Positions 48,199 to 59,400 of a stretch of DNA of 64,000 nucleotides are shown here, piece by piece. Source of the stretch: Asterias rubens (taxonomy: Eukaryota); NCBI RefSeq assembly GCF_902459465.1, contig NC_047083.1:2728001-2792000 (forward strand), read 5' to 3'. The notes beneath the pieces were generated by a model. That model worked only from the letters and a program-made list of their open reading frames with translations. It made no database searches and was not told the origin of the DNA. How positions within the stretch are numbered: position 1 is the first letter of the stretch; every line of letters begins with the position of its first letter. A program made the translations under genes and the position numbers.

Positions 48199-48364
48199 GG
48201 GATTTATAAGTTAATCCAAAGGACCGAAGTAGGAACCAATCCATTATTTATGATTTAAAAACAACTCAAAAGCACTTAAAGTTCAAATCTAAAAGATTTA
48301 TTTTTTAATCTAAAAATGAATTGGTCCCTACATAAAAAATCCTTTGGATTAATTTTTTAATCCC
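48199..48364. repeat. Imperfect inverted repeat upstream of ACCS-like exon 1A
   Basis: gggattt...ttaatccaaagga...gtaggaaccaat pairs with attggtccctac...tcctttggattaa...aatccc. Confidence 0.7.
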
Positions 48365-49700
48365 TCCCATTTAAGAGTATAGGTGTTCAGTTTTGCATTC
48401 AGAGCTTTACGTGCCGGTAATAATAATAGTCTCCCCTCCGAGCAACTTTGTTCTGTGTGTGTTTCCCGGTTGCAAACAAACCAAAACCTAAATACTTATG
48501 AAAAAGCCCTTTTATACAGTTGTCAAACGGTCTTGATGTTCTACCATAGACCATTCCATTTATTTAAATAGGGGGGGATTTTCAATCCCAAATTATTGTT
48601 ATTTTGTTTAGCACATCCATCACAATTCGCATAAGACCCAGTACAAAATCTACCACAACACACACACACCCACACACTCCTACAGTCACATAGAGCTGTA
48701 ATGCGACGAACTTTTCAGAGGACCAGCGGGACAGTTACAATTTTCATTTATTATAGAAACCACGTCAAAGCATATGGCCAGCCATAGTTTCTGATCTTTG
48801 TTGAATTGATTGGCCAGCAAGGTCACCGGTGCAAAGGTAGATGTATAATATACTTCAGGGCTTTCGCCGTGGCAGTTTACCGTTGCGTTGATTACCGATA
48901 AGGCGTAACTTCACAGGGTGCAGGTAGTGGCGTATAAACTATAAAGCTCTACCCAAGTTTCTTCTACTACTTCTAGCAAGTATGGCGTCGTCCAACTTAT
49001 CGAAGAGAATTCAAGCAATGCTCAAATACGAGGACAAACTCATCATGCCGCCGAGTGGGGGTGTTCTGAGCGCCGATGAGTTCGACTGCTCCAGTAATAA
49101 AGACGTAAGTGTTTCGCTTCAACCATACAGCTAGTTAACCCATAGAGCTAGGTTTTGGGTGTCCGTACCTCAACTACCTGTTATTATCATGGATGTTATT
49201 ATGCACATCCAATGCATTAATACTCCATGCAAGGTGCATGATTGTAGAACTACTTCGTAGTCTGGTTTCCCAACAATTCCAGCGTGCTGGTCTGGATGGT
49301 TCCGGTTGACTACACGATCAAAAATGCACAAGGCTGTATGGAACGCCAAAGAGCCAAATAATCCGATCAACACATCGATCGGTCTTTTGCACCGATCGAA
49401 TTTCTTCCATCAATAGGTGGGTACTTTACGTCGATCGATTGGTCTTTTGCATCAATGGATCGGTTCTTTGATCGATTGGCGGCTACAGCTACAGTTGTAG
49501 CTAAGGGTATTGCTGTAGTATAATGACCGCATGATTGACGCATGATGACGCATGCCTGACGCGGAAATCGAGCCGTATATAGCTGTAACTGCAAGTTCGG
49601 ACACGGCCGTAAGGTGGTTTCAGGTACTTAAATTCGGATAATGACAATAATGTAAAATTACCGCCAATCTTATTTTTGTGCATTTTTTTACAGGGTGTAA
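48275..49700 (+). repeat. Tandem duplication copy A of the ACCS-like promoter, exon 1 and intron 1, plus 7 nt of exon 2
   Basis: Colinear with 49701-54221 once the 3-kb insert is removed. The junction ttacag-GGTGTAA|CTTAAAG lies at 49700/49701. Confidence 0.9.
48982..49104 (+). CDS. Duplicated first coding exon (1A) of the ACCS-like gene; alternative first exon or pseudo-exon
   Basis: Intact 41 codons MASSNLSKRIQAMLKYEDKLIMPPSGGVLSADEFDCSSNKD, a GTAAGT donor, and TATA-like TATAAA about 45 nt upstream. Confidence 0.7.
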
Positions 49701-50436
49701 CTTAAAGTTTAAATCTAAAAGATTTATATTTTAATCTAAAAATGAATTGGTCCCGACATAAAAATCCTTTGGATTAACTTTTTAATCCCTCCCATTTTAG
49801 AGTATAGGTGTTCAGTTTTGCATTTATAGCTTTACGTGCAGGTAATAATAATAGTCTCCCCTCCGAGCAACTTTGTTCTGTGTGTGTTTCCCGGTTGAAA
49901 AAAAACCCAAAGTACTTATGAAAAGGCCCTTTTTATACAGTTGTCAAACGGTCTTGATGTTCTACCATAGACCATTCCATTTATTTAAATAGGGGGGATT
50001 TTCAATCCCAAATTATTGTTATTTTGTTTAGCACATCCATCACAATTCGCATAAGACCCAGTACAAAATCTACCACACACACACACCATGGAGGACCTCC
50101 ATGGAGGACCTCCATGCACACACACACTCCCACAGTCACACAGACAGCTGTAATGCGACGAACTTTTCAGAGGACCAGCGGGACAGTTACAATTTTCATT
50201 TATTATAGAAACCACGTCAAAGCATATGTGATGGCCATCCATAGTTTCTGATCTTTGTTGAATTGATTGGCCAGCAAGGTCACGTGCAAAGGTAGATGTA
50301 GATATACTTCAGGGCTTTCGCCGGGGCAGTTTACCGTTGCGTTGATTACCGATCAGGCGTAACTTCACAGGGTGCAGTAGTGGCGCGTATAAACTATAAA
50401 GCTCTACTCAAGTTTCTTCTACTACTTCTAGCAAAT

Positions 50437-53400
50437 ATGGCGTCGTCCAACTTATCGAAGAGTATTCAAGCAATGCTCAAATACGAGGACAATCTAATTA
50501 TGTCGCCGAGTGGGGGTGTTCTGAGCGCCGAGGAGTTCGACTGCTCCAGTAAAACAGACGTAAGAGTTTCGCTTTAACCATAGGGCTAGTTAACCCATAG
50601 AGCTAAGTTTTGGGTGTCCGTATCTTTTATAGAGTGGTTCGTACCTCAACTACCTGTTATGCACATCCCATGGTGCATTAATACTCCATGCAAGGTGAAT
50701 GATTGTAGAACTACTTCGTAGTCTGGTTTCCCTACAATTCCAGCGTGCTGCATGGTCTGCTGGCCATCACCTGACCTGCATGGATGGTTGACTAGCTGCA
50801 CGATCAAAAGTGCACACGGCTGTAAGGAACGCCAAAGATGCAAATAATCCGATCAACACATCGATTATGGCGTGTCAAACGTTGCAATATTCGATAATGT
50901 ACAATATATGTGCGATGTTTCTCATAATACGCGATAATTGTCACATGTGCGATATTCATTTGATGTATGCAATAAATGTAATATATATGTGCGATAATTT
51001 GCAATATATGTGCGATAATTTGCAATATATATGCGATAATTGTTAATATATGTTTGATAATTTTGTAGTATATTATATGCGATCATCATCATTTATTTTG
51101 TATGCGATGTTTTGTGACGATATACATATGCGATAATTTAATATACATGTGCGATGTTCGTTCTTATATATGTGCGAAAACGGAATTGTGGGATATGGTA
51201 TGGCTTCCTGTACACTTGATCCCCGTATCCGTAATGTTTTGGATCGGGCCAGACTATACTGTGGACGGTATAGTATGGTTCCTATGGTTCAATGAGATGG
51301 GCGTAGGGTTTATGGGTTTAACTGATGGTCAGGGTACGAGACTCGAGCCGCGTATTTCCGAAATAGCAAGCCGCGTATTATTGGAAAATAGAATACAGTA
51401 CAGGGTGGTGACAAAAGTTGCGTTTTGCTCATGAAGATCTGTTTTATTCGAATGAATTCTAATACATGTATTAGCACAACTTAGAAATTGTTAATTGATA
51501 ATGTGTCAATTTCATAGCTTTACATGATTGGAAATATCAGACAGACCAGTAGCAGTAGGCTATCTTTGGGTGAAATGTTATCCCAAGATTTTCTAGTTTG
51601 CAAATTACTACAGTACCAAAATTCCGCCTGCAATTAATATCCAACGGTCTTTTGAAGACACCTCCGTTTGCAACGCTTAGCCTCCAGAGTTCGTCTCCAG
51701 CTAATGGCCGTAAGTTCACTGTCTTAACACGATAAGAGCCTACATGTTCAAGAAAGAGATTGTTTTCTCTTAACCACCAAGTAGAAATGTGGAATTTACA
51801 ATTTGCTCAGTGCTTCGTTTTTTTTTTAACTCTGTATTTATAATTGAATCTGAGGTTGATGGTTTAAGCAAACTGATTTAACGTAATATTTTGTGGCAGA
51901 AGTTAAGATTATATGTACATGTATATTGGCATAGTTTTGAGTATTATTTCATATGCTTTTTACCCGGTCTCTACGGCCATCTAATAGATTGCCGCAGAGA
52001 CCGGGTAACAGTCTGCGAGACAACCCGATGAAGTACACCGGCAAGAGAACCGGGTGCGTGTTAAGAGAGAGCATTTAGAGTGGCAACCCATGTTGACCGG
52101 GCAGTCTGGAAAACCTTTTCTTGGCCCCTTAATACGGAAGGGTACCCGTAGCAAGATTTTTCAATGAGAGAAACCTCCAGGATATAGAGGAAAGTTAATA
52201 TAACTGGCGGAACATTGATATAATTGTATCTACAGAGTTGAGTGAACAAACACTCAAGCGAAGGAAACATTAATTTGAATATTAATTCAACGTAATTTTA
52301 ACAGCTGACTTGAGGTTTGGATTGAAGTCAAAACGATACAAAAAGATAATAAAGTGTATGGACAAATAGTATTTCATGCAAGCCAGTGTTTAAATGGTAG
52401 AACAGTTAAAGTTAGTAAATTACCGAGCTATATCTGAAACACTCATGATTGATCATCTTTAATTGTTGTCAATAAAATTTAAAAGTTGTTGTGCTGTAAA
52501 AATTCAACTGTGTCTTGTTTGCAAAATCATTTTTCATATTTTTGGAATTTTAGTCACCACATTTATAGTTATGTCAGCCGCGAGCAAAAGGTGGTGACAC
52601 CCTTCGTTAAGACAAACATTTTCTTTTTATTGCAGAATCAATAATAGTTGACCAATTTAGCCAGCTCAAAATTTGATACGTCCAGTCTATCTTCCTTCAA
52701 GATTCTGGAATAAGAAAGCAACTTTTTGTCTTAACGAAGGGTACAAATTCTTTTCAAATCTTGTTTAAGTCCACCGCCTATGTAATTCGGCGGATGGTAC
52801 ATTGACAATGGCGTCAGAATAACTGTGGTGAATTAACCACTAATTAGTGAACCAAATTTAGCCAGCTCAAAAATTTGTTACGCCCACTATTTTAGTCTTG
52901 AAAGTTCTGTATTACAAATTAAATGTTTTGTTTTAACGAAGGGTATAAATTCTTTTCAAGTTATGGTTTTGTATTTAAACAGTGATGATTTTTTGACATA
53001 TTAAACAATTCCCCAAAAACACAAAAAAAAGAAAGATTTTTGCCTTTTTGTTTGTGGGGCATTTTTTTACGTTTTGTTAAGAGAAAACAATCTCTTCCTT
53101 GAACATGTAGGCTCTTATCAAAGACAGTGAACTTACGGTCGTTGTAGCTGGAGACGAATTCTGGATGCTAAATATTTCACCCAATTCACCCAAAGATAGC
53201 CTATTGCTACTGGTCTATCTGATATTTTCTATCATGTAAAGCTATGAAATTGGCATATTATCAATTAACAATTTCTAAGTTATGCTAATATTTCAGAATT
53301 CATTCAAATAAAACAGATCTTCACGAGCAAAATGCAATATTTTGTCACCTCCCTGTACTGTATGTGTTCTATTTTCCAATAATACGCGGCTGGCTGTTTC

Positions 53401-56400
53401 GGAAATACGCGGCTCGAGTCTCGTACCCTGACCATCAGTTAAACTCTACGCACATCTCATTGAACCATAGGAACCATACTATACCTTTCACAATTATAGT
53501 CTGGCCCGATCTAAAACATTACGGATACGGGGATCAAGTGGACAGGAAGCCATACTATATCCCACAATTCCGTTTTCACACATAATAAGAACGAACATCG
53601 CACATGTATATTAAATTATCGCATATGTATATCGTCACAAAACATCGCATACAAATGATCGTATAATATACTACAAAATTATCAAACAAATTATATTAAA
53701 AATTATTGCATATATATAGGAATTTATCGCACATATATTACAATTTATCGCACATATATTACAATTTATTGCATATAAATTATATTTATTGCATACATAA
53801 AACGAATATCGCACATATGTGACAATTATCGCATAGAAACATCGCACATACATTGTACATTATCGAATAATGCAACGTTTGACACGCCATAATCGATCGG
53901 TCTTTTGCACCGATCGATTTTCTTCCATCAATAGGTGGGTATTTACGTCAATCGACTGGTCTTTTGCATCAATGGATCGGTTCTTTGATCGATTGGCGGC
54001 TACAGCTACAGTTGTAGCTAAGGGTATTGCTGTAGTATAATGACCGCATGATTGACGCATGATGACGCATGCCTGACGCGGAAATCGAGCCGTATATATA
54101 TAGCTGTAACTGCAAGTTCGGACACGGCCGTAAGGTGGTTTCAGGTACTTAAATTCGGATAATGACAATAATGTAAAATTACCCCCAATCTTATTTTTGT
54201 ACATTTTTTTACAGGGTGTAATAAACATGAGCATATCTGAAAACAGATTGGTTTTCGATTTACTTCGAGAAAAGGTAAGCGTGTTAATTGAGATGTTATT
54301 ACAATTGCCAATCAGTTACAATTCTGACAATGAGGGCGTGCCAATATCGACGCCATGTGAACCCTTATTTAAAGGCATGATCATAGAGTGTTTTTGCCAA
54401 GGGTAATGCCGATTTATAATGCAAACAATCAAGAAAGATTCAACTAAAGTCAAATGTTAAAGTTTCAGCTGAGTAGTGGGTGCGTTCGTTTAGCTTCCCC
54501 GGTCGACCCCGGTGTGCGTCGTTTTTTTTCCAGGACGAGGGTGTGCAGATAATTACCCACGTTTGTACTGGAAAAAAACCCATCACACACCGGGGTCGAA
54601 CCCAGGGAAGCTAAACGAACGCACCCACAGTGTCTGCTTGCCGAGAAAACATCAAACAACTGTCAGTGTATTTCCACAAGAAATGTTTTTGCCAGAATTT
54701 GACATTTTATGAAAAGCAAGAACAAAGATAAGCTTCTTTTGCCATAAAAAAAAGGGATGAAAGTCACTCTTTCAGAGAGTGTAAAAGAGTCCATTTACAA
54801 GACAGTCATGTTATATAATATGCTTTTGGAACTTTGAAATAAAAAATAAATAATATATTAAGCCCTCAATTTCCCTGAAATTATCTTATGAAAAGAAACT
54901 AAAGTTTTCGAGTGGGGCTGTTTTGTCATGAAAGGGCTGAGCTGCCACTTGACCTCTTTGGTCGTACACTTGTGTTTGAAACAAGGGATTTCTATATCAG
55001 AAGTAACAATCACATAAGCCCTACAGGTGTGGACGCTGCAAACAGCATAATGATACTCCACAGGTGCAATGCCTTAAAGGCAGTGGACATTGGTAATTAC
55101 TCAAAATAATTATCAGCATAAAACCTTACTTGGTAACGAGTAATGGGGAGAGGTTGATGGTATAAAACATTGTGAGAAACAGCTCCCTCTGAAGTGGAGT
55201 AGTTTTCGAGAAAGAAGTCATTTTTCACGAATTTGATTTCGAGACCTCAAGTTTAGAATTTGAGGTCTCGAAATCAAGCATCAGAAAGCACACACATTCG
55301 TGAAGGTTTTTTCTTCTTTCATTGTTATCTCGCAAATTCGACGACCGATTGAGCTCAAATTTTCACAGGTTTGTTATTTTATGCATGTTATGTTGAGATA
55401 CACCAACTGTGAAGACTCGTCTTTGAGAATTACCAATAGTGTCCACTGTTTTTAAATCCAATGATAACTTCTTTCTTTGTCTATTTTAATACTCATCAGA
55501 TGCAGAAATGCACGGTGCAACCAGAGACTTGGGCCGATGACATGTTTATGTATTCCGAACTTGGAGGTGTTCCAGAGCTCAAAGAAGCCATCGCAAAATA
55601 CCTGAGAGTTACAACAAGAGCTGTTATGCCGGTCGATCCAACAAAAGTACGGCTGCCTGAGCCATTTAAAAACATATTTTTTTTGATGTTGTTGTTGACA
55701 TATTTGCTTCAAATGTAAAGCTTCGTTTTGCTATTATACCTTGGTCCTAACAAAACAAATTTTTTTTAATGTCAAATAATTAATATCTTAATCAGTATTA
55801 TTACTGTTTTGTCATTTGACTTTTGATTTTCTAACCAGATGGCGGTTTTGAACGGCGCTGACTCGGGATTAGAGGCCTTCGGGCATATCATCTGCGACGC
55901 TGGAGGTAAACTTTGTCGACAGTCTGAGATTTTAAGAGATTATAACGAAATGCATACCAGACATCATTTGCATTTTTGTAAAAGACCGTATGCTCATGAC
56001 GTCATTTCAGTAGGGCGCCCTCACTATATAGGTCAAAAGGAGTTTGTCCATCGTCACTGGGTGCGTTCGATTATCTTCCCCGGGTCGACCCCGGTGTGTG
56101 GCGTTTTCTTTTTCCAGGACGAACGTGTGCAGATAATAATCCACGTTCGTCCTGGAAAAAAAACCCGCCACACACCGGGGTCGACCCAGGGAAGCTAAAC
56201 GAACGCACCCATTGTTTTACCTCTAAGATGGCGGCTGTATGACGTCAATGTATAATTTCTATTTGGGGATGGTTGATTAGGGGGGGACGGGGAGGGGGGG
56301 GGGGCATGACCCGGCCTGTTACCAAAATGTATTATTTGTATTTCCTCAGAGGCCGTACTTGTACCTGCTCCATATTACTACGGCATCCACAGATCTCTCA

Positions 56401-59400
56401 AAGTACGATTTGATGTCGACGTTTTCCCGATACCCCTTTCTAGCGAGGTAAGTTTTCATCCGTCGCATCGCAAAACCCTATTTTCATAATTCCGTGTGAC
56501 ATTGTTGTTTAAGTTTTGACAACAGTCTTGGGGGATGACGCTTTTCTTGCGCCCGCAACAAACCGTCGGCAAATTAGCGCAGACATACGCACGGGTCACA
56601 ACAACTGAGAAATCGTGCGCCCTGTGATTGGTTCCCGACCGTCGAGGTCAGGTCGTACAAGTTTAGATGTTCTACTCTTGCGACTGTTAATTTTTTTCTA
56701 GCGGCGACAGTTTCAGATTTTCCTAAAATCATCGCAGTTACGCTCAGGTCGTAAACAATCGCCAACTGAAAAGTTCCCGGTGGTCTTAGCTCAGGCGCAG
56801 TGTCATCCTGAAAAGTCAGTCGCCGACTGTTTTTTGTTGACGCAAGGTCGGCCTGAGGCCGGTGTCGCATAAAATTATGTCCTCTATGCAATACTATCCG
56901 GAGGACAATATTGCATATAATAATGTCCGCCGGACGGTTTTGCATATGCAATCGTGTCCGCCCGGACGCTGCTGCATAATGCAATTGTGTCTGCCCGGAC
57001 ACATTTGCATATGCAGTTGTGTCCGCCCCGTGCAAAACCGTCCTTGCAGTAAATTTAACGCCCTTGGTCGACGGAACACGTTCGCCATTTTTTTACAAGC
57101 TAAGTGCATGTCATGAATGACATGGGAAGTGTTCGGCCGTTGGGGATTCGCTGCAATCATAAAATACATGAACGTAGGTTCAGTGCATGCTTGCACGCTC
57201 GCTTACGCGCTAACATACATGTACAGTCATGTACATGTCCACCGGACACGATTGCATATGCAAAAGTGTCCGGAGCGGACATGGCGGACACAACTGCATC
57301 TGACACTGGCTTTAAATGTTGAATCTGTGGTTTGTAAGGGTTTTGAAATAAGGAAGTCCTCGCTTCTCTTTCTTCGTGTTGGAGACGTCGCTTTAAGGCC
57401 CAGGGGTGGATTTCACAAAGGTAGTCCTAACTTAGGACTAGTCCTAAGTACTGCTAAGAGATAGGATCAGTCCTAAGTTAGGATGAGTTACTGGTCCTAA
57501 CTTAGGGCTGGTCCTATCTCTTAGCATTGCCTAGGACTAGTCCTAAGTTAGGACTACCTTTGTGAAATCCACCCCTGGACACATTTTATAATTGTCAAAG
57601 CAAAGACCAGTATTCTCAGTCGGTGTATCCCAACATAGTGCATAAAATAACACACATGTGAAAACTTGGGCCTCAATTATTGGTCGTCGAATTTGTAGAA
57701 CAGAATTGAGGAACAAAGATAAGTCTTTGACTCACAGGGGCTGGCCCCAGGTAAACGACGTCACTACGAGAGTGGTGAGTGGTCGTTCGTTTAGCTCTTG
57801 TCAGGGGCTCACCCGAGTGAGCACCGCGGGGTAGAAGGAACGCACCCAATACGAACCCACCCAATAATTGCCACTCGACCCAGATTTACTCCAATGGACT
57901 ACGACCCACGCATTTGACCCTTCAACTCTGACCCATCTGACCAGATGTCATCCAATTGCTACACCTTCCACATGCGTGGCTACATATGATGACCCAATAA
58001 AATCTGAAACTTTTCTTTGTTTAAAAGGCAGTGGAAACTATTGGTAATTACTCAAAATATTTATTAGCATAAAACCATTCTTGGTGACGAGTAATGGGGA
58101 GAGGTTGATGGTATAAAACATTGTGAGAAACGGCTCCCTCTGAAGTGCCTAGTTTATGAGAAAGAAGTAATTTTCCACAAATTTGATTTCGAGACTTTAG
58201 ATTTAGAACTTGATGTCTCGAAATTAATAACCATCTAAACGCACACAACTTCGTGTGACAAGTGTTTTTTCTTTCATTGTTATCTCGCAACTTCGATGAC
58301 CGATTGAGCTCAAATTTTCACAGGTTAGTTATTTTATGCATGTTGTGATACACCAACCTGTGAAGGCTAGTCTTTGACAATTACCAATAGTGTCCACTGC
58401 CTTTAAACAAGTGTTTCAAAATAAAGTCATTATTTTTTATTTTGTAGCCGAAATCTGGCGAAACCAAACCATTTGAACTGACTGTTGAGCGTGCTGAGCA
58501 GGCTTACAAGAAAGCAACACAAGAGGTAGGTTTTATATAGAAATATAATATAAAACCTATAGAAACTAGAAAAATATATGTTAATGTATAAATTATTATA
58601 ACTGTATTAAAACTCCCGATTTGAAAGTCAAATTTTAGGTGATGTGCGGCCCAATAACTACTTAACATCAGAATATAGTATTGTTTTTTTTCTTCTTTCT
58701 TATCGAAATAATATAGGGAATAGTTGTCAAGGGCCTCTTTCTTGTAAACCCCAACAATCCACTAGGAGACGTTTACAGCAGGCAACTGGTTCTAGATTTA
58801 CTCAAGTTTGCCAACAGGTAAGTAAGTAAGCTGCTCCAATAGCAACATCAGAAAATCTTAGGGCCATGTCAAACGGTAATTGTTACAGGGCACAATTGTT
58901 TCTGTGGGGCAACCATGCACTGTATGCAAACGGAACACTTTGGCACAAGAGACATTCTTTTCGCTGTAAAACTCACTATCCCCAAGAAAGTCATGAGAAA
59001 ACTGAATTGTTGAATCGATGTTCTTTATTGGAGATTGCCGGGAATTTGTTACCTTGTGTGACATGGCCTTTGTCACAATCTTCCAAGGTTTTTGGGTATA
59101 CGATTGCCTTGTCTCTTTCTTATCCTCTATATATGAGCAGTGGCTATGGCTGGCTTGCTGTAAAGGCCTATTCTCTAACGTTGCAGCAAACATCCAAAGC
59201 CGTAGCCGAAGTTGCTTGGTTTAAACAGGTCCTCTTTTTAACATCGACAGGCACGATCTTCACGTAGTCTTAGATGAGGTTTACATGAACTGCATTTTTG
59301 AAGAGGGTGTCGATCACTACAGCATCTTCCAGTTCAAAGAAGACGAGATACCAGACTTACAGAAAGTTCACTTCATCTGGACGTTCAGCAAGGTATTGAT

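Noticed and set aside
51102-51434. 110-aa ORF as the foldback element's transposase
   Set aside because: It lies within the TIR, has no DDE or DNA-binding motifs, and the mirror arm does not keep it.
56574-57035. Ankyrin-like start (HGADTTAYANVSGQTQLHYAAASG) in a 153-aa minus-strand ORF
   Set aside because: The TQLH/TRLH pattern arises from the palindromic DNA repeat in several frames and on both strands. There is no second ankyrin helix or repeat, and it lies antisense in an intron.
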